From positions 62,062,001 through 62,126,000 of the forward strand of contig OZ076411.1 of NCBI GenBank assembly GCA_964187785.1: DNA of 64,000 nucleotides, given 5' to 3'. The notes under the pieces were generated by a model. It was not told where the DNA came from. It did not search any database and saw only the letters and a program-made list of their open reading frames with translations. Within the stretch, counting starts at the first letter, position 1; every line of letters starts with the position of its first letter. The stretch is from Amphiscolops sp. MND2022 (taxonomy: Eukaryota). Position numbers and translations under genes: made by a program. Below are positions 12,624 to 24,699 of the stretch, piece after piece.

Positions 12624-15600
12624 TAAAACTTGCAAGTTCAAGAAGCAAGCCCATAAAATTAAAAAAAAACATTCTGAGACGCAACTCTCCCACAGCTTGA
12701 ACTCATTTTTTTCGAAAATGGGAAATGATAAAATTATACGAAGAACTATAATATACATGAAAATATTTTAATCGCTTAGAATGACTCGATTTGAAAAAAA
12801 AATGCAACACAACATCAGTAGATGCTTTTAAATGATGAATCTACATGCTGGATTCAAAGAAAAGGACTCATCATAATTTGAAAGAATGCAATTTGACAAT
12901 CACAGTTTTTGTTCAAGCTTTCGTTTGTAATCTTTCAGTGCTTTTTTAAAACAAGTGTCCACCGAGATAATTTTGATTGCAAAATTTTGAAAATTCTGCA
13001 GAATTTGAATTCTTGAACAGGACATTTTAGAGAAAAACTTGGAATGCAATGTATTATGATAGGGAACGGATTTCAATTTTCAAATAAACCCACATATAAC
13101 TAAAGTTTTTCCTTGAACTTTCTACAGTAGACCAGCAATTAGTACAGAATGTAAGTAGTCAAAAGCTTCAAAATTGTTTGCAAAACTGATTCTGAAGTGT
13201 CGGGGTTCGAGCTAATTCATTTTCAGTCCAAATCATTTTTTACAATAAGGGGTCACATTCATTTATTACAGTATGATATGTTGTTGATATATTCTTCTGC
13301 AAACCCCTTTCATATAGCAAATTTCAACATGAAACAGTATTTTATCCATAAGAGGTCTTGATTAGCAAAAGCGACGATGAATACCATTTCATCTTTCAAT
13401 TATGCAATGAAACATTCTTGAACGACTGCTTAAAATAGTTCAAAAACACCTTTACTCATAATGGCAGAGAAAATTTAACATTAACACAGGGCCAAATGGA
13501 AGATATTACGAAACGAGGCACTTTTCAAAGAGTTTGAAGTTGGCTATCAAGGCATTTATTGAGGAGGACCGCTTGCGACGGAGATGAAGAGGCCCAATGA
13601 TTAACTGATTTGCATCACTTAGCAACAAACCGCGTCAATTACAAAACACAGTATTGATCAGGTGAAGAAAAGAGCAAAAAACGCAAAAACATCTTTGAAA
13701 GGGGCGGTTGTCCTTTATGCGTAGCAAAAAAAACTATTAATAGCCCGGGCGTCTAGTTGAGAGGTCGGTACCGTAAATTAAACAGGCTTCAACGGGTAGG
13801 AGTATTAGAGGAATAAAAAAGCATCAGCAGCAGTTTTAGGCGTCGGCTTTTTCAACACAAGAAGCTTTGTGAAAGTCACATAAATGTTTTCATGCGTTCA
13901 CAAATGTTTGTATATGTAAAGCCGAGTTTGTTTACATGTCCCACTTCCTTAATCTGGCAGTGTTAGCCAACAAATGTATGATGATCTGCGTGGTGAAACG
14001 GATGATGCATGAAATGTGAATACAAAAAAGCCCGCTAACCCGCTCGCATTACCACCTGATCCATACATCTCAGCCCACAAACATCCATCCCTTGTTGTTG
14101 AGCAACAAGACAAACAAGCAAAATGCACTCAACATATTGCTACAGCTTAGTAACTACCATCCCCCACTTATCACGACTCCAAAGCCGATCTGTGGCGGCG
14201 ATGGCGACTGTAGTAGTACGTCAGCCAAAGTGGCTTCGCTATATCACTGACATTTTGGCAACCCCGCCTTAGCTTTAATGGTTTCTCCTCAACCTTCTGA
14301 AGGTAATTCAACCTCTGTCAGAAACATCCCAGTGCACTCAAGATCAGCTTTAAACTACACAACGTCCCGAGTTCACAATTGCTTAAAGTATTGAAAATCA
14401 TATTTCTCATTGGTTTACGCATTGTATCGGGGTTCCGATAGATCCATTTATCACTGGGAAGTTCTTTTTCACATCCAGCAGACAAGCGTTTTTCAACAAC
14501 AATAAGCCATTTTTTGCAAAAAAAACATTGAATTATCTATACAGATTTTCAATTCAGTGTAGATCACAATGTGTTTTGTAAGAGATCCTAGATTCAATCG
14601 CTTTTGCAGAAAAGTAGTGATTTCGAAGCGCTTTTGAGAAAAAACGAGCGCTAACATGACTGATTTATTAACATACTTGGTTTCTTTTAGGAAGAAGAGA
14701 TTAGGGAAAAATCAAAAATTGGTCACTTTCTACTGTTACCTGTTCTACAAAATAGAAGTTGAGATAACTTCCAAAACAAGAATTTTGGACATGCGAAAAT
14801 CATATTCATTACTCAAGATTACTGGCCCAAAGCCTTACAACGAAAGTATTACTGATTTCATTTAAAACTGTGGCCTTTGCTTGCTAGTAGAGCATTTCAC
14901 AACGGGACAGGACTTTCAATTCTTGAACTTCGGTATTGGACAAATACAGAGGAGCCGTTGCGCAATGACTTTTTAAAAAAATCCGAAAACATGCGTGATA
15001 GTTCCCACTCGCTGTGAACCAAACTGGTTAGTTTTGAAAAACAAAATTAGTCCAAAAAAACGCCTGAAAAAAATATACCAGAAAAAAGCAAGTAAATACG
15101 TTAAATTAATTTTTTTTCAGAAGTTTCGCTGATACTTTGTTCAGCTGAGACTCCCAGTCTGGAATAAGCCCTCAATGCTAGTTTAGATTTCAAAAATCCA
15201 ATTCCCCTTGTCTGTAGGCGGATGCAATGCTTTACACCTATGTTTCGAAACAAGAGCAGGAGTTATTGTCAACGAAAACATGCTTTTACCGAGCGGCATC
15301 ACTGATGGCGCAACATGAGTTTACCAAAACTCATTGTTTTTAGCATTTTGGAAAAAATTAACCTAAGTCACTAAAATGATGTCATTACAAGAATAGCAGG
15401 ATCGCACGTGTTCAAAGTTATTGCACGAAATTCTCGAAGAATGACAAGCATCAAACGCATTTCAGTTGATATAAGTGCCGTACGAAGATTGATAATGACG
15501 TCATTGGTGAAAGAGCATTAAAAAACAATCGAAATTGGTGGTAACTTTTCACATACTACTACTGCCACTACTAGAACACAAGAAAGCTTCAAAATGCACT

Positions 15601-17000
15601 TTTACTCCAACAACTTTGACTGCTTGTAACAAAACTTTAGTTGAGTACACGTACTCATAAAGTCGACATTTCTCGAAACTTCACAGGTACATAATATTGA
15701 TTGTGTAAACCTGTGCATGTGCACGCGTCCTGGTTTGATGGTTTCTTACTTACACAGCATGACAACATCGCTGACGGCGGTGGCTTTAAGTCAAGACAGT
15801 TAGTTAAGAGTGGAATGAATGTCGAAACTGTGTGGGATTAAACATGCAGGTATATAAATACAATCATCTTTTGTGTCCGTCACGCATTGAATATTGATGC
15901 TGGTTTATAGGAGCAGACTCAGCAGCCATTTTTAGCACAACACCTGCGCCAAAATGGAATGAGTGAAGCGATGACGAGTAGAATAGAAGCGGAGACGTTT
16001 CAAAAATAACAAGACGTCCAACGTCGTTTCAGTCAAATGGCCTCAAGTCAAAGTGGCGGTTAATTGATTGGGTGGCTAACAAAAGGGCGACAGCAAAAAA
16101 CACCAAAGTCATTCTGCCAAACGCTTGTTTGCTTTATCACTCTTTCTGTCAATTAGACCCGTCTCAAAACCAAATGATCATTGTGAAATGAAACCACATT
16201 TAATTTAGCACAGTCCTTTCTGGTGACAGAAAATTGTTGAAAAGATATGTATTGAAACAGGCTGTATTCTTTATCCTTGGAAAAATATACTAAAACCTTC
16301 AGGTTGCATGTCAAAATATCATAAGTAGAATTTAACTTATTAAGTTTTAAAGTTGAAATCCAAACAAAAATCTAGGTTAAAATCTCTGAAATGAAGTCAA
16401 AATATTGGTTGTAGAACTCGACCTTCTCCTTTCAGACCTCGTCAAAACCAGCCGCTAGACCAGTAGTGGCACGTCGCCCCGGTGTGTTTTACATTCGGTA
16501 GCTAATCACGATTCCATAATTAAGGAAACGAGACTTCAATATAGATTTTCGTCCAAGAGATTTTAACCTGATACCAAAACCTCAAACAACCTCACCTCGT
16601 TTTTCCATTAATTAGTTTGACCGCCAATGAAACCTTTGCATGCTTTTCATTCAGGTCTAATAACAGCCATTTGTTTGTCCGCCAACTTAACTATCCGCCC
16701 TGTTTTTGTCTTCACGGAAAATGACGGGTATTCAAGGTTTCACTGCATATATATTAAATGGACAGCCGATATATCGATGATCTATGTATGATCTGTTTCA
16801 TTCAGATAACAAACAGACAATCACAAGCTTTCCAAAACTCAAAGCCTCTCTCTAATTGATTCCCTTCGAACGACGTAAATCAGTTGATTTTAATCATGGC
16901 AAAAAAGTAATCATGGAATATGGTAAATCTTCGTCAACTTCCAGAAATGATTTCTAAATTTGGGGGAAATTAGTAAATTTTCTTTTTTACATTATTCTGC

Positions 17001-17210
17001 TGTGATAGAGCCAAGTCTATTAATTGCCTTGCTGTACTTAAATACCATGAGAAAACTGTCAGTGTGAAAGAATTAATTACGTAACATAATGACAACCTGC
17101 CAAACTGAAGTGAACTGGCAAAACAGAAGATATTGCCATAACATCAAAATACGTACAATTCAATAGTTTGCTAACTACATTGTTTTCCTCGAGTTCGTCA
17201 GTCGTTAACA
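17001..17210 (+). repeat. 5' LTR (210 bp)
   Basis: TGTGATAGAGCC...GTCGTTAACA. Identical by eye to the 3' LTR except for a 3-nt indel (GAC). Confidence 0.97.
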
Positions 17211-20200
17211 TGGCGCTGCGAGCTAGTTCATCGAATGAAAATGACGATAATTCTAATTCACCCGTACCTGGCCTCCATTACTTCTGGCAAGAAGCAGATA
17301 AAACCCCAAGCTACGAATGGGAACAATGGATCCAATTATTTGAGGTAGCCGTTCTTGCCCGCCATTCCATTTCTGTGTCGGAGCTTACCCGTGACGAAAA
17401 TCCAAATAACCCAAGAAATGCAGCATTAATGGGAAATCTGGAAATCGAACCAGCGAAAAGAAAAGTAACGAGTCTCCTATATATCTCAATCGGCAAAACG
17501 GGCAGAAAAATGCTAATGGATAAATTTCCCCACATAAACATCTTGCTAATCCAGCTGAACATCTTTCTGCAGCATCGTAATGAATGCTTCCAGATGAGAA
17601 GAAACAGAACTTTGGACCGTCATACGTTCTTATCAAGGAAGCAAAAACCTTCAGAATCATTGCATCAATTCTGGAATGTGCTAAATGGCTTAGCTGCAAA
17701 GTGCGACTTTGGAAACCAGACGGAAGGGCTGGTGTACGACATATTTATTCTGAATATGTTCAATAAACAAGTACAAGAAAAGCTCTGCACTGAGCCAAAG
17801 GACAACCCTCTGGACGCGCTTCAATTCGCAATTGCCTTTGAAGATGGCTTAAAAAGGCAAAAGACATATGGGTATATTGGCCAAGAAGCGAGAAAGAGGA
17901 ACCCGTATGTGCAATCAGTGGTAATCGCCAAAACAATAGAGAATGCTGGAGATGTGGCGCAGGGAACTTCACCCTTGAACATACAAAAATATGCAAAGCA
18001 ACTGACGTGAAATGTAATTACTGCGGCAAAAGAGGCCATTTAGAAAGAGTGTGTAATCAGAGAAGAAAAGACAACACGCAACAATTCGCCAAATCACGAT
18101 CCAATGGCGTGCGAGACCAATTTAACAAACGCGTGCAATTGGTTGATCAAGAAGAAGAAGATGAAGATGACGAGAATTACATGGTGCTGAATGTCGAAGG
18201 CGATGAAGAAAATGTAGAACCATACTACATGGAAGGCTTTATAAACGGGAACAGGTTTAAAGCCATGATCGACTCAGGATCGCCTGTAACAATTTTCGCA
18301 CTTGATGAGCTAACGTCAATCATGAAACGAGACAAATTGCAAGTTCGGGAGATGATAAAAGGTGAAAAGTACGTGGACTTTAGCGGAAAACAGCTAAAAT
18401 TACTCGGATATGTATTCTGCCAATTGCAAGTGGGAGATCAGTTCATCAAAAAGGCAAGGATTCTAGTATCAAGCAAAGGATCAAGGTCAATAATTGGCAG
18501 AGAATGGCTATCCACGTTGAGATACAAATTCGAACCAGTAGTTGAAGGTAAGTCGGAAGTAAATTCTATTGAGAAAAACGAAGAACTCTGTGAGGAAACG
18601 AAAAAGTTTGTTAGCGAATTCAAGAAACTATTTACTAGAAACGGAAAAGTAAAAAATCACCAAGTAAAAATTAGATTAAAAGAAAACGCAAGAATTGTTC
18701 AGCAAAAAGGGAGGAGAATCCCAATCCAATTACAGAATGCGGTAGATGCGGAAATAAAGAAATTGCTAAAAGACGGCCATATCGAGAAAATAAACGAAAT
18801 AAAAGATGATGTTTTCATTCAGCCAACGGTAATCACTGTAAAGAAAGACCGTTCAGTCAAAATAGCGTTAGATGCAAGAGCCCTTAACCAAGAAATAGAA
18901 AAAGATAAATACCAAATGCCGAATCTGGAAAACTTACTTGATATGGTAGCGGAAAAATTAGATAGTTCAAACGGAGAAGCATGGTACTCAACATAAGACA
19001 TGACCTATGCGTATGGACAAGTTCCCTTGCATCTACTAACTGCAAAACATTGCAACTTTCAAATAATCGGCGGAGAGTCTACGGGGACATATAGATTTGT
19101 GACAGGTTTTTACGGTCTGACGGTTATGCCGACAGAATTTCAAAAAGTAATGGATCTTTTATTAGCTAGATTTAGAGAAGTGTTTGTTTTCATTGTCGAT
19201 ATTTTGATTGTAACTAAGGGAACCAAGCAAGAACATTTAGACAAAGTGCGGGAAATTTTAAAAGTAATTGATGACGCCGAATTGCAGCTAAAGGCGGGAA
19301 AGTGTAACTTCGCAAAAAAGGAAATTGAATGGTTAGGATTTAAATTGACAAATTCGGGCATTTCGCCAATTAACTCGAAAGTGCAAGGAATAACAGAAAA
19401 GTTGAGACCGACAAATCTGAAAGAATTAAGATCATTTTTGGGGGCAGTCAACCAATTCAATAAATTCATACCAGATCTTGCGTCAACATGCTTTCCATTT
19501 CGTTCTATCTTGAAAAAAGACGCATTGTGGAATTGGACACCAGAACATGAGAAAGCATTTATGAAAGTAAACTCTGAAGTAAAACGGGTGGCAGAATTAA
19601 CACATTTCAAGAGAAATAAGCCACTGCGAATAATTTGCGATGCAAGTAAACAGGGACAAGGTGCGGTACTGCAACAATGCGAAGAAAATCAGTGGAAACC
19701 AATTTCATATGCGTCACGTTTTTTGACAGAACTGGAAACAAAATATTCAAAATATTCAATAAATGAACTTGAGCTTTTGGCTGTGGTTTGGTCGGTCGAA
19801 CATTTTAAAAATTATGTTTACGGAGTACGGTTTGGCGTGGTTTCAGACCACAAGGCACTACAAAGCGTTTTAAAATCTAACAAAGGAAATAAAACCTACT
19901 CAAGTAGATTAACCCGGTGGGCCGATAGATTATTACCGTTTGATTTTAGCATAGTACATACACCCGGGAGAACGTTAGGTATGGCGGATTACCTATCACG
20001 ACACCCTTCACCATACGAAGGAAATGTGGTGAAAGCGAAAGAATTGTTTAATAATTGGTTCACAATTAACGTAATTGACGGAATCACGCCAACGCTAAAT
20101 AAGGCAAAGCGAGCGGAATCAGCTAAACCAATCAAATCGCAGAATAGAAATAAAGAGTCCAATACGCAAGTATTGACAGTTCACGCGTCTGTGCAATTGT

Positions 20201-21870
20201 CTGTACATTTACTCAGAGCAAACAAGTTGATCAACTACAAGACACTGAGAAAATGGCAGATTTAGCCAATTCCAAAATCAGCAAAGTATATGTGCAAGCG
20301 AACTACGAATCGGATAAAACGATTCAAAAAGTAATTAGATTAGTCAAAGATCGAAACGTAGCGGTAATTTCACGCCTTCCCCCTCCATGGAGGGAAAAGT
20401 TTAACTCGTTTAGCGTCGACGAAAAAGGCCTATTATTCATGGATCAGAGGCTCGTTATCCCAAAAAAGACATGCGCGAGAATTTACTTCGTGCTATCCAT
20501 TTTGGCCATTCTGGCCGCGACGCGATGTTAAAAGAAGCCGCAGACGTGTGGTGGCCCCGAATACATCGGAAAATTGTCGAAAAGGCTCAAAAATGCACGG
20601 AATGCCTCAAAGCAGGTAAGAATTTAAAGTGTATTAAGTCCCAAAATGAGTTTGGGAAGCTACCTGAAACAAACGAACCTAATGAAGAAATCTCAATAGA
20701 TTTAGCAGGACCATTTCAGAATGCGATAAAACAAAAGAAATATTTGTTGGTCTCAGTTGATAATCATTCAGGTTGGCCGAATGCACTATTTTTGGCAAAT
20801 CCCACAACGGATAAAGTAATTGAGTTTTTAACAGAATACATAGCAACGAGTGGTATTCCAAAACGCATACGAACAGATCCAGGTACGACGTTTAAGAGTG
20901 AAAAGTTCAAGCAATTTTGTGAAAAGTACTTTATCAAACACATGACCTGTCCTATAAGAGACCATAGGGGGAATGGAAAGGTAGAACGAATGATACGCAC
21001 TATCAATGAGAGATTAAGAACAAACAAAAAGATAGTAGTGGAACGGGAAAAAAGCGGACTATCAAATATCCTTTTTGCACTAAGGTCAGAAAAAGGGGCG
21101 GACGGAAAATCAGCATTCGAGAAACACATGGGTAGAAAACCAAACACTCTGAAATCAGCTATGATTGAAAAGTGTATTTTAGATAAAGACCCCAGAATAG
21201 ACATCGAGCCAAAAGATTTCAGCGAAGAAGCTGACTCCACCATTCTAGTGCGAGAACGCGTACGCGGCACTAAACTGGAAGGCGCCTTTAAAAAGGTCAA
21301 AGGCAACATTGTAGACGAATCACAGAATACGCTGAAAATCCTGCCCAAAACAGGAAAGAGTTTCATCGTGTCAAAGAGAGATGTGGCGAAAATGTCAAAG
21401 AGAAAACACCACAAAAGAAGAAAGGGTCAAAACAAGAGAAAAGACCAAAAACCACGAAAACACCAGTTTACGAATTCTTACCAAATCCCGAAGACGTGCC
21501 TAATGGAGAAAATAGAGCCAGCTGTTCATGGCAACAAGAAATGGGACAAGCAACTTCCAAACAAAGTGCAGAAAAGGAACCACCAACAAAAATCTGCAAA
21601 GAAGAAAACATGAACATGGAAGAAGAAAGAAATGAAGTAGAAAGCAACGAGCCTAAAGAAGAAGAACAGAGCGAACCACAAACGGAAACAACTACAACTG
21701 CACCCATCCAAGGGGAGATAAAATGGGAAATGTCCCAAGCACGGACATCAAAAAGGAATAAAAAGAAACCCAATTGGTTGGGACAGAACGTTATGGTTAC
21801 CAAGATCGAAGCCACATCCAGCCAAGATGAGGAAAGTCTACCAAGTGTATACGAAATACACAAATCTTAA
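17210..21870 (+). pseudogene. gag-pol polyprotein, disrupted
   Basis: Gag FWQEADKTPSYEWEQW. Two knuckles (CWRCGAGNFTLEHTKIC, CNYCGKRGHLERVC). Protease IDSG (~18268-18279), RT, RNase H (CDASK, ELELLAVVW, DHKAL) and integrase (HFGH...CTEC, SIDLAG, RTDPG, GKVERM). Lesions: frameshifts near 17890, 20210, 20465 and 21400, stop at 18994-18996, and RT YxDD reading FIVD (19189-19200). Confidence 0.95.
17211..17223 (+). promoter_or_regulatory. Primer binding site (probably tRNA-Ser)
   Basis: TGGCGCTGCGAGC directly after the LTR. It is complementary to a tRNA 3' end ...GCTCGCAGCG-CCA, which resembles Ser(CGA)-type acceptor stems. Confidence 0.75.
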
Positions 21871-22223
21871 ACACTCAACAAACTTTGGCCAAACTCCAAT
21901 TTTGTTTAACTGGTAAAACAAATCGTTACCCCAAATTTATGTTGTTGTGCATAAGGAAACTAACATTTCCTAACATTTAACAAATGAGTTGTAGTAACTC
22001 ATAACTTTTAACAGTGCTGTATTTATTCCCAAGTTAATTGTCAAAAGAAATTAGCAACAAACATTGAATTAACCACTAATCTTCAATTGCGCAGTTTATT
22101 GGATAACCAAGAACCTATGAAAAGTGAGAACATGATGATGTATTAAATTTATATTAAAAGTATGTACTATGTATATCTGGTTTCAAAATGTTAAATGTAG
22201 TTCCCCCTTGTGCCCTCACAATT

Positions 22224-22234
22224 AGAGAGGGGAG
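22224..22234 (+). promoter_or_regulatory. Polypurine tract
   Basis: AGAGAGGGGAG immediately before the 3' LTR TG. Confidence 0.9.
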
Positions 22235-22441
22235 TGTGATAGAGCCAAGTCTATTAATTGCCTTGCTGTACTTAAATACCATGAGAAAACTGTCAGTGTG
22301 AAAGAATTAATTACGTAACATAATAACCTGCCAAACTGAAGTGAACTGGCAAAACAGAAGATATTGCCATAACATCAAAATACGTACAATTCAATAGTTT
22401 GCTAACTACATTGTTTTCCTCGAGTTCGTCAGTCGTTAACA
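22235..22441 (+). repeat. 3' LTR (207 bp)
   Basis: Direct repeat of 17001-17210, followed by TSD TCTGC. Confidence 0.97.
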
Positions 22442-24396
22442 TCTGCAAAAGCATGAATGTTTAGAAACTAACTTTCAGAATTATAATCGAAGTTATGGGC
22501 TTGCCTTGACAGTAAAAATGACAAAAATTGAGGAACAAATATGAAATGGATGGTAAACTGCACCAAGTGAAGCATTGTTTTTACTGTGTAATTGAAACAA
22601 TTTGGAGCCTAACCAAATAATTAACCCTAGAAAAAAGTAATGACTCTCAAAAAGATGTGATCTCATTCTTTTGACATTTGGTTTAATAAAAAAATTTGTC
22701 ATATCAACAAAATTTATTTTATAACTATCTCTTTAATGCAAGCACAAAAAGCTTTGTTATACCTCGATTAATTTCAAAAAATTATTCCTCAACCTTCAAT
22801 TAATAGGTAGAGTTGTCAATGCGATTCCTCGAAAGTAGCGAATGTTATCGATTTTTCAAGAAAAAAATGGATGCATTAGAAATGATAAACATGAATGACC
22901 ACTGATGCATGTATATTTTGCAAAGGAAATATTATAATCAGTTACAAGAAATTATTACAGGCGAAGCAAAAAATGACAGGCCGTGGGTTTCGCTGAGCTT
23001 GTTGTAACGAGAGACACCTTTCACTCAGTTTCAATGCATAATTTTTATCTAGGTTACATTGACAGGCGAAATATGACTAGTACGAGAAAAATATACAATG
23101 GTAATAATACAAAATGTAGAATCGATTTCAAATTATGCATCTAATAAATTACAATGATAACGCCGATATATAAGTGCTTGATTAACGAACCGCCAACATC
23201 ATACTACATACATGCGTCCGCATTTCTGCATAAAAATATACAAGATGTTCCTCGAATTTTGCAGAAATCAAAGCGAATTGTCTGAAAATTTCAACAGTAC
23301 TTAATCGAGATGAAAAAGCGGCGAAGCGTACACGGAAACTTCAAGCAGTGGAATATTTTTCAGATTTCCAGCTAAAAATTGGTCGATAAAAGTTTGGTAT
23401 AAATAAAATTTTGATTTTATAATCAATGCAAAAAGTACAGCGCTTCGGACAGAAAAGCAGCGAACGCTACAATTTATAAGTAGTGACTACACTACAGACA
23501 CTTAATTTGAATGATCAATGATCATTAATGTAGCCTCGTGGAATTTCGAATTTCGTCACTGCATAAACTTAGCGGCTTTTGCACACAAATGAACCTATCT
23601 TTCATCTTAGCTCAAAGTACATAGCAGCAGTATCAAGAATTCGGGCTGAAACGCTCAACTTTCAAATACTTGCAAGTGTTAATTTGAAACTGTTAATACC
23701 ACCTCAACTTTAGATCAACTTGAGAAACAATAAAAACATTGATGTGGGAGGAAATGATAACTTCAAATACCCATCTTGCCGTTGATCCCTCACCTTGGTC
23801 AGTCACCCAGGTCACTGAAGGTATTTGGGCTATTTAGGGTGCTAAGGCGCCGAACATTTTTATTCCAATTCATAACCAACAAAAGACACCCGACAATTGA
23901 TCATGCATGTGTGCGGTCTTTAGGCCGGCTGAAAATTCGGATGATTTCAGTTTTCAGCTTAATTCAGCGAGTTTCTTTCTCAAAGACTGAGGGGTTCTAT
24001 TATTCAGTAAGGTTGTCTGGGGGGGGAGGGGGCTGGTGTTGTAGATGTCCGAGTAGGTGATCACTTGCACTCGACTGGTAATCACTGACGTTCGAAAAGA
24101 AACAGTGACAGTAAAAATACGTATCTTCAGCATATATTTCAAAAAACTCAAATGTGCAAATAAATTTATCCAAGAGACGAACAAGTCGAGAACAGTTCAG
24201 TCGGCACCAACAATTGGCCAAAAAATTTCACATCCGTCGTGTCCGTTTAGTCGCAGCATTCGCGTCTGTCTTAAATTTTAAAAAGCGACTGCAAAAGTAG
24301 GACGAGTGGCTCTCACCTTCAAGAACGGTGGCCATTTTCAGACCTATAAGCAACAAATTTGACTGAATGAAGCAATAGTACTCGACTACGACTCAC

Positions 24397-24699
24397 CAGT
24401 TTTTCGGGTACTCTCAGGGTCCTGTCGAACCTCTTAGGGGGGATGGTGTCTTGCATGAGGGTGTGGGGGTTGTTCATTGTTTTGTCCTGGATGAGTTTCT
24501 CGAACTCGCGGTTGATCTCGTTGTACTTCATCTCGGTGTTGGGCGTGAGTTGTGAGTTGACGTGAGCACCAGGGTATGAGGTTGAAGTCATCGACTCGTT
24601 CGAGTTGCCTCCCCCGTAGTTGAGACCACCCCCCAAGTCGCCACAGTCGTCTTCGTCTCCGCTGTCGGGACCCCCTCCGGAGTTCTTCTTGTTCAACAT
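24397..24699 (-). CDS. Mef2: MEF2 coding exon 3 (HJURP_C-like segment after the MEF2 domain)
   Basis: Acceptor ggcag|ATG TTG AAC AAG AAG. MLNKK...LTPNTEMKYNEINREFEKLIQ resembles the MEF2 xLxKK...LTPxTExKYxxIxxEF segment. Strong donor CTG|GTGAGT; 303 nt, phase 0-0. Confidence 0.88.

Larger units (their letters stand above)
17001..22441 (+). mobile_element. Full-length Ty3/Gypsy LTR retrotransposon (Mag-like), coding-disabled, antisense within the MEF2 intron
   Basis: TG...CA LTRs at 17001-17210 and 22235-22441, with 5-bp TSD TCTGC on both sides (16996-17000, 22442-22446). PBS and PPT present. Domain order gag-PR-RT-RH-IN. Short LTRs and a double CCHC knuckle are Mag-like. Confidence 0.97.

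Noticed and set aside
14050-14260. Additional MEF2 exon (ATLADVLLQSPSPPQ resembles MEF2A STLTDSSMLSPPQ)
   Set aside because: No acceptor/donor pair with good consensus gives a phase compatible with the flanking exons, and all frames stop within the GC-rich block. Worth checking in RNA-seq but unsupported.
16420-16480. tRNA gene / tRNA-derived SINE head (minus-strand TGGTCTAGCGG A-box; similar TGGCCTAGTGG at ~26235-26246)
   Set aside because: No convincing B-box or cloverleaf. At most degenerate SINE heads, so not reportable as tRNA.
17311-21863. Minus-strand ORFs overlapping the Gypsy element (e.g. 19140-19610, 20764-21414)
   Set aside because: Antisense shadows of gag-pol codon structure with no recognisable motifs.
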